From Eledone cirrhosa (Eukaryota), in contig OZ024747.1 in the NCBI GenBank assembly GCA_964016885.1, positions 58,094,001 through 58,158,000 on the forward strand: a stretch of 64,000 nt of DNA, given 5' to 3'. The notes under the pieces are model-generated. The model was not told the DNA's origin. It made no database searches and saw only the letters and a list, made by a program, of their open reading frames with translations. Below, in pieces: positions 12,986 to 27,921 of this stretch (positions within the stretch are counted from its first letter, which is position 1; each line of letters starts with the position of its first letter). The translations under genes and the position numbers were made by a program.

Positions 12986-13614
12986 CTATCTCCGAGGATG
13001 TCAGAGAGGACTTCTATGTTCCCCTGTATGATTTGTGTTGGAGTTATAACTGATTGAAATTCGACAGAGGTTAGGTAGCAAGTGATAGACTGTAGGCTGA
13101 TAATAGTAACTTGATGAATGTGGCAGGTTGCAATACGGGGAATCTCCGGTGTTGACTGCATATCACAAAGATATATTTATTGCTCTCTTTATTTGGTGGT
13201 TTGGCCCTTTGTCTTGGTTGTTTATACCGATCTTGTCTCATTTACTTGTTTGTATACCTGACCGAGATAAATTAACCAGAGTATTAAACTCCTTTCCACT
13301 TTGTTGCTGATAGATGGTATCATTTGTTTCATGAAAATGTCAAGTTTGATCCACAGGCATTGTGGGATTAGCTGGTGTCGAGTGATCTGCGTTTAAGTTG
13401 ATCCGATGTTGTCATGTGATGTGTTGTTACGTTTGGTCGAAGAAGTGAAAGAACACTTTGTTGACGATAATAGAGTTAGTTGTCGAGGTGGTAGGTGGGG
13501 AATTTGATATTGGTTATTGTGGTGTTGCTAGTTTTGGTAGAGATGATGGTGGACAGCTACTTGTGTTGGTACTATTTTCTGCACACATTATATATATATA
13601 TATATACATATATT

Positions 13615-13647
<33 letters not shown>

Positions 13648-13714
13648 GTGTGTGTGTGTCTGTGTCAAAATAGCTGGAGCTCAGCCGTTGGAGTCTTGAA
13701 TATTTTTATATATA

Positions 13715-13764
<50 letters not shown>

Positions 13765-13899
13765 ATAATACATTTGAAGACTAAAATCCAAAGCGAGCTC
13801 GATAAAGATAAATATATATCAGATACATAAGAACCGTAGAGCAAATATTTACTAAAATAACAGATTAAAGTTTAAGCAAAGAATCGCTGCTTTCACCCT
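13765..13899 (-). mobile_element. PLE-type terminal repeat fragment (family B) in (TA)n
   Basis: Near-identical to 18430-18563 and to the reverse complement of 32210-32320. Carries the 3' half of the family B hammerhead. Confidence 0.7.
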
Positions 13900-15874
13900 A
13901 GCAAATGAGTTTTGCAAGCCATATATATGTGAGTTTATCAGAGGAAATCCATAGAAACCAAATCAGCTACTCCACCGATAGACTACAGCGGACAAAGAAG
14001 CATAACAAACATAAGCATTAACTCCCCTCGTTGTTTGCCCCTACATCAATCACTAAGAATACGACACACAAGTCATTATAGTTACTGTTAAGCAATATAT
14101 CAGTAGTTATAATAACATATCTCCTGTAGTAATGTTAGTATTTACAATGAAACCAATTATAATGATAGAATAAACATAAATTATATAGAGAAACGTCTTA
14201 CCTCTACTTGGCAGGTAATAGGAAGACACAAATAATAGGATTTTGACTTGTAGTTTGGGCAGTGATATAAGGCTGGATAGAATTAGTTAATTTTAGAATG
14301 TTGTCTCAGAACAATATGAGGAAGTGACGTCAAATGGAATCTGTGTGCATTGTGGTGCTGTAATTGGAACCCAAGAACCAAAGAGAGATAAAGAGAGAAT
14401 ATAGAGATAGTATGTTACTGGATTGCAGGACAACGAAATAATTCAGTTCAGTATAACAAGCGAGATGTCTTCGGAATGTATGCCTATGACAACATTTGCA
14501 CGAGTCTTAAGAAAAAGACAGAAAAAGAACTACAAGCACAGAGAACGAGGGACGAAACAGGTTAGATATAAAAATCGACCTCTCTCTTATTATTAAATCT
14601 AACTCACGCAGGTCTATCTTTTTGTGACGACTTGAAACATATTTCATATATCATTGTTTATAAACTGATTCTCTCAAAATTGTGGTAAAACAAAATATAT
14701 TACCCATTTGTCTCAAGGTTTAAATTCAATCTGCAAGTTTGCGACATATTATTAACATTCGTCGTTCTTAAATTAATCTAAAATATTCTAAACATGTCTT
14801 GAACTCCACTTTAACATTAGTCTATTTATATTTTATTACTGCAATTCATCTCTTTTAATTTAATTTAAATTCTTAATCGCACATGTAAAACCCAACATTT
14901 AAATCGTATTTATACGTTTATGTTATTACATAGTACAACATAAATATTTATACAACAGTGCATAATCCATTCGGTTAAATCATCAAACTTGAATTTGGAA
15001 ACTATAGTGAAATTTCGACTACTGATATTTAAGAAATTACTCTTGTTTCAAAATCTTTTATATATACATTATTATATTTTAATACAAGCCTCACAACTGG
15101 AATGTGTGTATATCAAGTAAACCTATGCTACTTCCATGTCATGATTTCGAGCTCACATGATTTATGCGACCAATTTATTTAGGAAGGTAGTGAACATTAT
15201 ATTTCACATAGTTGAGAAGATCGGATCATAGAAAAATCTATGTAAATGTAGGACACATCCATTAAAATCTTAATAAGTTTACAATAACTTAAACGAAAAC
15301 TGACATTTGAAACATTTCAATTTTTAACATCTCTTTTAATTTTTACCCTATATTCTTAGAGAATTTTAATTCTAGACACTTGAAATACAAATTTATACAT
15401 TATGATGAGAAATACTAATACGTAAGTAAATCAAAAATGCAAGACCAGGATACAAACATAGTGTTTGATACTTAAAATTATTATATTTTTTAACTTTTAA
15501 CTTCTGAAGTTCACTATATTTTCAACGGAAAGTCATTTATTTGAAAATGGATACACAAAGCCAGAATTTGAAACCATCAGTCAACTTTCAATTGGTGAGT
15601 ACAACATTTTTTTTTCAAAGCCATATGGGTCTCACATATCAATTCAAATTTTAATTACTACTGCAAGTTATTGTCATCTATGAAAGTCATATTAATGTAT
15701 CGTGACGATTTCGAAGTTAAGCGAAGTTGCCTATTATCAAACTATTCTAGTAACCTTTTGAGGACCAGTTGACTGCACATAACATAATACATAGTTCTGG
15801 AGACAGAGATGATTTCTTCGTATCGCATCAATTTAATGAATTAGAGGACATGTGCAAAATAATGCCATTATGAC

Positions 15875-16035
15875 ATACGAGTATTATGATCTAAGTTCAA
15901 ATCCCGCCGAGTTTAACTTTACCTTTCATACTTACGGGGTCGATAAAAGAAAGAACCTCCCACGCACTGGGGTCGATTTAAACGATTTTCGCCTCCCCCA
16001 AAATTTCTGGCTTTGTGCCTATATGAGAAACCATT
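15875..16035 (+). mobile_element. SINE S1, 5' degenerate
   Basis: AAGTTCAAATCCCGCCGAG..TTTCATACTTACGGGGTCGATAAAA..ACTGGGGTCGAT. Confidence 0.7.
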
Positions 16036-16745
16036 ATGACATACAAGTCTATGTTTTTATATTTGAAGCATTTGTTCAAAGAAATGCATCATCTTAGTTC
16101 TTAATCTTAAAATCAAAATGTCTATCTTTAATTCATATTCTTATTGTATATACTTAGTGACATTTTATTCCCAAACTTCCGAGTATTCAAATTGATAACA
16201 TTTATATTTCACACATTTAATGAAACCTTAATATAATATATGCAATATTTAAAATGAAAAAAAAAAAAATCCTAGACCAAGTTTTAAATCCATAATTATG
16301 TTTCGAGATAACTGTTAATTTTAGTTTTAACTTCTATTGTAAAATCAGAAATTGATTGGTTCTAAAATTAAAATGTATTTCTCTATAATTCATATATCAT
16401 TAAGTATGAAGTTATATATATCTTTCATATATTTAATTTTTAATTTTTGTCAATTATACAAGTGAAATATCTATTTATCTTACGAAATATTTCAATATTT
16501 TCTTTCAGTCTTTCAAATTATAATGTGATTTTAACGCGTCTAATCTTGTTATTTCACAATCATAACCTGCAGCCCTATTTTCATTTGTCCCCTTCTAACA
16601 CGTAGACCTCGCATCTCTGGTTTATATAAATGACAATCTTACAAAGGGTTTGTATTTCAATTTTGATAACGCGAAATATGTAATCCAGATTATATATCTA
16701 TATAGATATGTTTTATTGTCTCTCTATTTCACTCTTTCACTCAAA

Positions 16746-17026
<281 letters not shown>

Positions 17027-17028
17027 AA

Positions 17029-17445
17029 GAAAAGATGAACTTGGAAATAGCACAGGAGATATGTTTAATAGTCTGTTTTTCTTTTTTAATTCGTCAAAGT
17101 GACATTATTGGAAAGATACTGTTATTAAAAAGATAGTGTTATTAAGAAAAGAGGGACAATTCTTTTTTTGAAAATGTTTTTATGGAGTATATATAGTGTA
17201 TGGAAAAATTACTGGTTTCGATGTATTAAAATCCATCTTGTCAAATTTTAATACATTGAAACCGGTAATGTTTCCATACACTTTATATACTCCATAAAAA
17301 AAATTTCAAAAAAGAATTGTCTCTTTTTAATAACATTATATTTTTAATAACACTATCTTTTCAATAATGTCACTTTGACGAATCAAGAAAGAAAAACAGA
17401 CCCTTAAACATATCTCCCGTGCTATTTCCAACTTCATCTTTTCTC
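17029..17445. repeat. ~200-bp-arm imperfect inverted repeat (foldback/MITE-like)
   Basis: GAAAAGATGAACTTGGAAATAGCAC..GATGTATTAAAAT pairs with ATTTTAATACATTG..GTGCTATTTCCAACTTCATCTTTTC; spacer about 11 nt at 17232-17243. Confidence 0.85.
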
Positions 17446-17554
17446 TATACCTACTGTTTTGTATAGAACCGCACTTCCCTTTTCTAATATATATATATAT
17501 ATGTATGTATATATAACCGTCTGTAATAGCAATATATGTGGATATTATATATCG

Positions 17555-17741
17555 CGTGGTGGATTGGCAATATCGGTAGAGGGTCGGACGCCATGCTTTG
17601 ATGCATAGAGTTACGACCCTTGTCATTCTGAGTTCAAACCCCGCCAAGGTTGACATTGCCTTTCATCCTTACGGGGTAGATAAAATAAAGTACCAGTAAT
17701 GCACTGGGATAATTGGTGGCCTAGTGCCAAAAGTAGAAACA
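17555..17741 (+). mobile_element. SINE S1 with TSD
   Basis: A box, B box GAGTTCAAACCC and conserved core; ATTATATATCG direct repeats on both sides. Confidence 0.88.
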
Positions 17742-18343
17742 ATTATATATCGTTATTTCAGCGCTTTCTGGGGTATAATTATACGTAAACTGAGAACTTA
17801 ACACTATTGGCAGAGGATAGCAATAATTGTATATATCATTGCGTTGGTGTGAATTATAGGAATGATACCGAAGAAATCTTCAGAGACACCTCTCCTTTAG
17901 TATGACACATTTATAAATGAATGTCTTCTCATAAATTAACCTGACATAGGTGTCAAGGCATTTGTATGCGTATCGAAATACCTATACAAACACGTACACT
18001 CATATACACACTCTCACACACAGACACATTCACAGACTTATGTATACAATCACACACACACATGTATGTGGATCTCCGTGGATATACGTGGAGGTGTGTT
18101 CTTGGTTGTTTTATCAGCCGAATAGCAATGCATAGGAAATTAACGTATACCTGGCTGCGTATTCTTTACATACGTGTACCCTTAATGTTATTCCCAGGGA
18201 GATTGATAGTGACTCACTGTATGACAAGGCATGCCTTTTGAATTAGAGATACAACACATTTTTACCAACTGAATCGACTGCAGCAGCGTATAAAAGCCGT
18301 GTTGCTCCTAGACAAAACGCGCTGCAACACTGAAAATCCAACG

Positions 18344-18416
<73 letters not shown>

Positions 18417-18424
18417 ATAATAAT

Positions 18425-18638
18425 AATAATAATAAATTTGAAGACTAAAATCCAAAGAGGGCTCGATAATGATAAATATATATCAAATATATAAGAACCG
18501 TAGAGCAAATATTTATTAAAATAACAGATTAAAGTTTAAGCAAAGAATCGCTGCTTTCACCCTTAACGGGATCTTCTGAAGATCCCGTTAAGGGTGAAAG
18601 CAGCGATTCTTTGCTTAAACTTTAATCTGTTATTTTAA

Positions 18639-18640
<2 letters not shown>
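18425..18640. mobile_element. family B PLE-type terminal repeat forming a perfect palindrome, with hammerhead core
   Basis: Palindrome ~18514-18640 centred at 18577. Plus strand reads CTGAAGA(18576) TCCC-GTTAA-GGGT GAAA GCA..TGC TT AAAC. Confidence 0.75.
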
Positions 18641-18712
<72 letters not shown>

Positions 18713-18902
18713 TATATATATATATGTAAGAATATTTTCGAAATAGCGAGTGTGTTTGAAATTATTAGAAATGTAAGCTATCGCCGTATTTTGAGTAAAG
18801 AAATTAAAGAAATTATTTAGCCTGGTAGTGGGGTTAATAACTCTCGGAGAAATGGAAAAAGGGTTCTTAACCCCACTATCAGGCTAAATAATTTATATAA
18901 TA

Positions 18903-18945
<43 letters not shown>

Positions 18946-19051
18946 GATGGCTGCCCCCTCGTTATCGAATATGGCCATTGCACGATATACCATTATTAAT
19001 TAATTCTATCGTACAATGACTGTGCGTGAAGATATTTTTTAAAGTGAGGAA

Positions 19052-19112
<61 letters not shown>

Positions 19113-19355
19113 GTGTATGTGTGTCTGTATATATATATAGGTATGTGTGAGTTTGTGTTTGTTGCTGCGTGTGTGTGTGTGTGTCGGGTTCAGTTGGGGG
19201 TAACCAAATTAAGTAAGATACTCAATACATTAGTAGAGTGTAAACCAACAGGTGCGTTTTATTTCTTGGAAACATGACCCACCCAAAGTATAACAACATC
19301 TGTGTGAACTCATGTTTTCAGATACGAAATCTAGCAAAGCAAATTCAAAAACGGA

Positions 19356-19397
<42 letters not shown>

Positions 19398-20799
19398 TTA
19401 TATCAAAAAGTTTCTGACTACTTCGAATAGCAATTACCATGGATGTCGGTCTCATCCTTGTTATAGTTCCCTTGTTTACATCTGTATTCGATTATTTTTG
19501 TTGGTGTGTTTTATAGCATTGTTACTATTAATATTGTTATCATTAACATCATCCTCATAACAATCAGTATCAACATTATCTCTTCTGCCGTCTTAAATGG
19601 AAAGAAGCATTAAATATATTAGTAAATCGCTTACCAAGATAAATAATATACTGAAGTTTTAATACTGAGTTTCGTAAATGAAATCACATTTCTTCCTTCC
19701 TATATAAGTCTGCTTCCACCAACATCACCACCACAACCAGCTCCATTCTTTTCTAGATCTGGTCTGATTCTGTATCTTTCATTATTATATTATATCCATT
19801 TCCACCATTCCATTTGCTGAAACTATCAGCCAATACGTCCAACATGTAGTTATGGCCGAATATTAAATTTAGATACGAAAAAGATTTCTGTATTCGTCAG
19901 AAATTAAATTTATCGCCTTCTGATTCAATTCAACTAATATCCAGTCGATAGGCGAATTACGTGAAGTTCCTTATAAATAATTGCCATTATATTGCTTGCT
20001 TAATGGCATCAGACATTTCCGTGGAGTTTTCATTAGCATACACGCAATAAATGCGCTTCTTAATATTCTTTAAAATCATAAAGACGCTCTATTTCTGGAA
20101 TAAAATAAAAATAAAGTATGAAATTTTATATAGAATGTGGAGATATAATATAGCTATATTGGGTCTTAATTTCTGTAACTGTATTCAGTGAAAGCACTAG
20201 ATAATTAACGACTGCATGCCTCACTTGTCTCACTAAGTTCAGATAGCATCTAAAGTGGGAGAAATCTACCTAGGAGAAAGAATACTGTAAATCTTAACAT
20301 ATTGGTTATAAAAGATTTATTTTCCCTAGATACGCTGCACAGAAATATGTTCTCTTCTTCAGCTTTTATATCCCTCAATGCCAGAAGGTGTTGTTGCAAA
20401 GCATTTTAGGACTACAATGCTATCGATCGTGTCAATGCTGAAATCATTTTCAGTTTAGGAAGCAGATTCCTTAACACTGACATTCCTGGCCATCAGACCC
20501 TTGACATAAATGCGGCTGATGTTCAGTTTGATGTTCTGAAACTGAATCTTGTAGGGAAAAAACGTAAATAAACCTGAGGAAGATTGACCTTTCCAATATT
20601 ATGGAGTAAGGAATGAGTAAAGTGAATATTGTAGGGTAGGAGAAAGAAACTCGGTATGAGTAATGAAATTTACTGGACAAATGTACACTGGGTGTCTTTT
20701 ATCAGATCTTGGTAGTCGGCAGTTTATAGCACGGAACATGTGATTACTGGGATTGGTTATTTTCTTTCAAACCATTCTTGGAATGAATGAAGACCCTTC

Positions 20800-21140
20800 G
20801 CGGCAATAATTTGCTGGGAAGGAAGAGCTGCGAAAATCATGGAATGAGTCCCAATTTGCCAACATAGACCACGTCCAGGAAATCACATGTAACCCAGCCG
20901 GCGTTGACTTTCCTGGAAAACATCGGATGTTTACAGAATATGCCAGGACAACACATGATCTCCATCGATGGAAAATGAAAGACAACACGGCATTTGGTTG
21001 TGGGGACACTGGCCAAACAGTACTGTATATTGTTCGGGATTGCACCCCTCATACCTTTACCCGATGGCCTGGAGACAATCTGATATACTACAATTGACGC
21101 CTTAATCCCTCTCACCAATCTCTATCTCTATCTCTAACCA
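20800..21140 (+). mobile_element. old Ingi/Vingi-like LINE 3' fragment
   Basis: A plus-strand frame reads PAGVDFPGK...ARTTHDLHRWKMKDNTAFGCGDTGQTVLYIVRDC, resembling the PPGFDLPR..L.KW....C.CG...QT..HI..EC C-terminus. Confidence 0.55.
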
Positions 21141-22339
21141 CTCTGCATATGTTATAGCACAAGAAGAACATTTCACATATTTAATCAAAGTAATGAACTG
21201 TACAAGAATATTATTTTAATAATATTCTTCCTTCTTTGTTCTCCTTCTTCAACAATAAGCTTATTATTGCCTATTCTGTAAATTCCATGCATCAGTAATC
21301 CACTTTCTGCATTGTAATTTTGTATTATGTTGACGTTTCCTCTTATTCCGTAACACTGGAGAATACATATTCCAGTAATTAACTCCGGGATGTTGAATCG
21401 ATTGTACACAGGACAGAAATAGATGACTTTATGATAAATCAATGTCAAAGTAAATCCGTTATGATCGTTTCATTCAGTTACCATCATAAGAATATTTAAA
21501 TAGAAGCTTTTATATAATGCGAAACAAGATAACCATTACTGAGAAAACAACCAGACAGCTACCTTCCTATATAAAATTCATTCACTGATTCATGCTAAGC
21601 ACAAACATACACGCATGTAAGTCTGACAATAAAATCCTTTCATTTTTTCCTGAAACCTATAATCTGGTCTTTTCAGTGTATAATAAACATAATTATACGG
21701 TAGACCAAATCATAATTTGTTTATGGACATATATATAAATGACCAGTAACATTGATGTCTAGATTTAAATCTATGAGACATTTGTTGCTTCTGGAACCAC
21801 AAAAATATATATAGCTGCTGGAAATAGATATTTAGATATTTAGCCAAGTAGCGTTAGTTAAAATAATGCTTAGGGAAGCAACGCTCCGTTGTTTATTTCC
21901 ACTACAATTGCAATTATTGACAATCAATATATGATTAGGTCCATTATATATATATATATATATATATATATTGGTAAACGGAATAGAAAATGCTGACAAA
22001 TTGTTCACAGTTGAAAAATGGTTTAATTAGGAATATAAGAGTATTAGTGATTGTATGGGTTAGTATTCAGTTGTGGTTTTAAGTTTTTAAGTTTTTACCG
22101 GTTGCGCATTTCTAAATGCTTTTCAAAAATAATTTTGAGATAGAGTGTCCGTGCTGTTTGCTCTGATCTGATTAGTTTTGGGAATTCTACCTGTTTTGAT
22201 GTTAAAAAAGTGGCTCCAGCGTTACTTTGGTGTTGCAAAATTTCTTGTGGTCAAAACAATGTTGATTGGTCGGTAGAGGTCATGTGAGTGTAAAAAATTG
22301 ATTTTGCGCCAAGATTGAGAAATGACTCTTTCACAACAA

Positions 22340-22409
<70 letters not shown>

Positions 22410-23283
22410 TAATAAGGTGTTCGATGTTGTCATATATATATATATATATATATATATGAGTGTGCATGTATGTATATATATATTTACTACCTGTGTGTAG
22501 TATATCACATGGACACACGCACCTTCTGCTGTACCTCCCCCCGTTTTTTTTATTTTACCACTTTTTTATTTTACCCATTTTTTTCTTGTACCTATTTATG
22601 CAGTTACATACAGATTTTAATGTACCCTAAAATATTGTAAATTTATTTATTTATTTTATTTTATTATCATATTGTGTTTATATTCGCGTGTTTTTATGTG
22701 TGGACCTGTGCGTGGGTATATGTACGTGTGTGTGTGTGTAGATGTGTATATATATATATATATATACGTGGGTGGGTGCGGGGGGTGTATGGGCATGGGT
22801 GCGTGTGTGCATGAGCATATATGTGTATGTGCAGACATGTGCATGTATGTACATATGTAGCGGAATGTGGGTGTATGTGTGTATATATATATACGTGTGT
22901 ATATATGAATATATATATGTATCTATGTCTATATATGTGTGCGTATGTACGTATGGCCACGTATGAGTAGATGTGTGTGTGTGAGGGTGAGTAAGTGTGT
23001 ATATATATATATATGTGTATATATATATATATATGTGTATATATATATATAGAGATATATGTGTGGATGCGGGTGCATGCTAATATGGGCCTTTATATGT
23101 GTGTATATGTATTTGTGGATACATGTATGTTTATGTGCATCTCATAGGAATGTGTGCGGATTATTATATATGGAGTATATATGCTTTTTATTATTACTAT
23201 TATTCTTGTTGTATTACTTTATCACATATCCTTTATATATATATCCGTATATATCCCTATATGTATGTATGAATCTGTGCACA

Positions 23284-23317
<34 letters not shown>

Positions 23318-23647
23318 AGGGGAGATATATATATAAAAATATATATCATATTGTATATTATATTGTATATTGTATGTTACGGTAATTTACCGTTATTTTA
23401 TGGTATATTGTGTTTTTTTATTGCATAATGTATATTTAACTTTTAATTTACGGTTTTGATTATATATGTATATGTAGAAGCACATGTGTGTGTAGGCAAA
23501 TATGCATATCTTCAGGTAAATGCATGTGAGTAGCACGTGAATGTATGCATATGTAGATGTATATATGTCGGCATATGCGTAGGTATATGTATGTATATAT
23601 GTGGCTGTGCGTATGCATGTTAAGTTGTCGTTTTTTTTGTGTATATA

Positions 23648-23678
<31 letters not shown>

Positions 23679-23778
23679 GTGTGTGTGTATGTACGTGTGT
23701 ATGTAATGTTTATGTACGTATGTGTATTTGTATGTATGTGTGGGCATGTGTGAGTATATATATATATATGTGTATGTA

Positions 23779-23841
<63 letters not shown>

Positions 23842-25119
23842 ACATGTGTATACACATGCGTGTGCATATGTATGTATGTGTATGTATGTGTGTATGTATA
23901 TATGTGTGTGTATGAGTGTGTATATATATATACATAATTGTATATAAGGCTGGGCGTATGTATGTGTGCGCGCGTATATATGTATATATGTGTATGTTTG
24001 AGTAGGCCATGCTTATCCCACCGAATACATGGCGCGAATTAAGCAACCGTCATAAGGCTTGTGGCGATATGTATCTACAAGTGAGTGTGACTGTGTCCGT
24101 GGAAGTGAGGGAGAGAGTCTCTGTGTATATATACATTTATGTATGTATGTGGGTGGGTGTGTGTCTGCGCATGTAGGCGTACGTGTATGTATGCATAAAT
24201 ATATCTGTGTCTGCATGTGTGTGTGTGTATGTGTGTGTATATTAGTATGTGTGGGTGCTTACTCTGAAGTGTGAACAGACGTGTGAAATACTGAACCCAG
24301 CATGACTCCATCGAAATATGTCGGACGGAAAATGGCTGATGACCCGTGTGGCAGTAAATACTGACCAGAACTTGTGATGACGTGGATTAAAAATAGCCAA
24401 TGGCCTGACAAGAGTTGAAATAGGTTTTTTTTAGGGTGTTTTTTGGTGATAATACCCCAGTGATAAAATTTTCTCCAGACGAAACACCCGTGTCTGAAAG
24501 AACCTGCAGAAGTAGAATCAGCCAGATCCATACAAGGACCATGTCTCGAACTACCTGCCGGCGAAACAATCGTAACGCGCAATAAATTAAGTCCAGATGC
24601 ATCACTGATTTTTCGTTTTCATTATACTATATATATATATATATATAAATATATATATGCAAGTGTGTAAATGTGTGCATTTATATGCAGGAATCATACA
24701 CGCCTCTAAACAGACAACTGATGAAGTATGTATATACATATAGACATCAAATTATGAATGCACGCGCATGGGTGTAGTCCTATGCCACACAACTACCATT
24801 GCAATCCCAATGACAAGTTGACAAGTTGACAAGTTGACAAGTTTCGAGTACAATCGCTCTTTTGTTGCTAAAGTTCAGATCAATTATCTCGACAATATAA
24901 AAGGAGCGATGATGTAACATGTTTTTCACTACAAATGGCACTCGACAGCCACAATCTCGGTTTCATAGGCGCTCATTAGTGATTTTTCTTTATTCATTCT
25001 GGGATCGTAAGCCAGGTATCTGGAACGTCACAAACTTAGGCACGTTCCCTGATGCCAGTATCATGGCTTCGGCCCAAACCATGGGCACAGAAGAAGAGAA
25101 GATAGGTACAAAGCAGAAT

Positions 25120-25497
25120 TTAAGTTAACATTAAGAACCCTACTGTTCTCCTTCTCTGGAATGTCAATTTTGTACCTGTTGCCATTAAGAGCGCCGGTGT
25201 CCTCCATCTTTGCACTATTACTTTTGAAACAGGTGCCATTAAGAGCGTCGGTGTCTTTCATCTCTGTTGTGTCAATTTTGCTCCAGGTGCCATTAAGAGA
25301 GTCAGGGTCCTCCGTCTCTGGAGTGTCTATTTTGCACCAGGTGCCACTAAGAGCTATGCCGCCCTCCATTTCTGCAGTGTCAATTTTGTAGCGGGTGCCA
25401 CTAAGAGCTATGCTGCCCTCCATCTCTGCAGTGTTCAATTTTGTACCGGGTGCCAGTAAGAGCTCAGGTGCCCTCTGTCTCTGGCGTATCTATTTCC
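25120..25497 (-). repeat. 54-bp tandem repeat (~7 units), reading as an 18-aa repeat on the minus strand
   Basis: GCCA(T/C)TAAGAG at 25181, 25235, 25289, 25343, 25397 and (variant) 25452; translation LNGTWSKIDTTEMKDTDA-like. Confidence 0.9.
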
Positions 25498-26301
25498 TCT
25501 GAACAGTCGGGATGAGAGAATCTCACCATGATAAGAGATCACCGGTACCGCAGTGTGTATTATATCGCTGGTGTCGCTGTTTGTTCGCCAACGCAATGTT
25601 TAAGCGATCTAGTCCGGAGATTGTAGCTGAGATATTCTATTCAGCAAAGCGTCTAAACTTAGAATCCTCTCTAGTTAATTTTTTCTTATTTAGTTTTTCT
25701 CCGTATCTCATTATTTTTCCTTATTTTTGCATTTTGCTTGTTTGTAAATCTATATAACTGAATATGAAAATGTTTAACAAATATATATCTTCTTTTCTTT
25801 TACAACCAGGAATCGTAGACACAATATAAACCGAATAAAAACCTCAGCAGGTTATATAAATATATAGATGAAATGTCTAATTTCTAAACCAGTACTAAAT
25901 CCAACACAAATGCTAGCGATAGCCTTTGCAGAAAATACAATTGGTTGCAATAAAAGAAACAATGTAGGTCGGTATCGACGTCGAGTGTTAGAGATCAGTC
26001 GATTAGTGTAAAGACATTGCTAGTGAAATTAATATGTTACTGGTTGAACATTTCAGAGACGTCGGCAAACTTAATATACTTCTCGGGGATTCATCGTGTA
26101 TTCGGTGTAGGAGTTTCAAGTTGATTGTTTCCCATCCTAGACGTTGTATCTGTCATGTCTTGTATACAACAATAATATAGAAATGGATTCTATGTGAATG
26201 GAACTGTTTCATTGGAAGGACATAATCGACGATTTCTTCCGGCTGAAGCCATGCCCCAGTATGGCCACAGCCGGATGGCTGGAACAAGTAAAAGAGTAAT
26301 A

Positions 26302-26348
<47 letters not shown>

Positions 26349-26702
26349 CTCTGTGTGTGTGTGTCTGTGTGTGTGTACATGTGTGTGTGTGCGAGCGTGT
26401 GTCTGTGTGTATGTGTGTGTACATATATATGTATGTATGTATGTTGGTATGTATGTATATACACACACCCGTAGGGATCTCTACGCGCTGAAGCATATAC
26501 ATCCGTACACACCCAAGCGAAAAAATACTCAAATTTCAGCAATGACCACAAACACTTTATTCCTTAATTTTTTGTTGAAATCTCAGTCTGACAAACAGAT
26601 CGATACTGAGTGATCTTGAGCCAATCATCTGCAAAACGAGCATAACGTGTCGATACCAAATAAAGATAGTAATATATATATATATATATGATTGTGTATA
26701 TG

Positions 26703-26766
<64 letters not shown>

Positions 26767-26796
26767 CATATACACAATCATATATATATATATATA

Positions 26797-27036
<240 letters not shown>

Positions 27037-27084
27037 GACGTAAAATAAGAAAATTATAAAAATTAAATTACTTACTAAAGTTTC

Positions 27085-27165
27085 ACTCCAACTAATTAAT
27101 TTCTGAAAGGGAATAAACATGGTTTCCGATGGAAAGCACGGAGAAACCTTTCGTCCTCAGGAAGT
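27085..27165 (-). ncRNA. type I hammerhead ribozyme with expanded stem II
   Basis: Minus strand: ACTTC CTGAGGA cGAAAGG..CCTTTCa GAAA TTAATTAG TT GGAGT. Stem I is ACUUC/GGAGU and stem II is GAAAGG/CCUUUC. Confidence 0.7.
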
Positions 27166-27596
27166 TCGTTCTCAGCTAAGTTACCAGGCGATGCGTGGAC
27201 ACAGGGAACTTATACAAAAATAATTCAGTGGATGGAAAAAAGCAAGCGTGGACTAAATTTTAAGACATTGAAAAAATCACTGCCTACTTGGACGGTGGCA
27301 AATTCAAAAGAATCAATCACGTGACATCGAGGTTAATCAGTGAGGAGTGAGGTGTTAAAAAGACAGTGGCCGAGCCATTACTATGAACTATAGTAGCAGT
27401 TTTGGCAAATTTTTGCTCAACAAAATAATTTGGAGTTAATTATAAAGAATTAGTATATCTACCAACATATATATACAAGTGCATACCTATGCTAGCAAAT
27501 ATATAGGTTTGTCTTAGTAACTTTGTGGTTCAATGCAATTATATGAAAGACGTAAAATAAGAAAATTATAAAAATTAACTTACTTACTAAAATTTC

Positions 27597-27678
27597 ACTC
27601 CAACTAATTAGTTTCTGAAAGGGAATAAACATGGTTTCCGAATGGAAAGCACGGAGAAACCTTTTGTCATCAGGAAGT
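27597..27678 (-). ncRNA. type I hammerhead ribozyme with expanded stem II (second copy)
   Basis: Minus strand: ACTTC CTGATGA CAAAAGG..CCTTTCA GAAA CTAATTAG TT GGAGT, with palindromic stem III ACTAATTAGT. Confidence 0.72.
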
Positions 27679-27841
27679 TCGTTCTCAGCTAAGTTATAAT
27701 TTTCTTATTTTACGTCTTTCATATAATTGTTCTGCATCCCCTTGCATTGAACCACAAAGTTACTAAGACAAACATATATATTTGCTAACATAGGTATGCA
27801 TCTGTATATATATGTTGGTAGGTATACTAATTCTTTTTATA

Positions 27842-27921
<80 letters not shown>

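Noticed and set aside
13000-13560. Possible decayed LINE endonuclease on the minus strand
   Set aside because: No recognisable catalytic motif; cannot be supported without a search.
13901-14240. Short frame ANEFCKPYICEF (C-type-lectin-like ending) and a minus-strand GTAAG donor near 14201
   Set aside because: Too short, on opposite strands, and no supporting exons.
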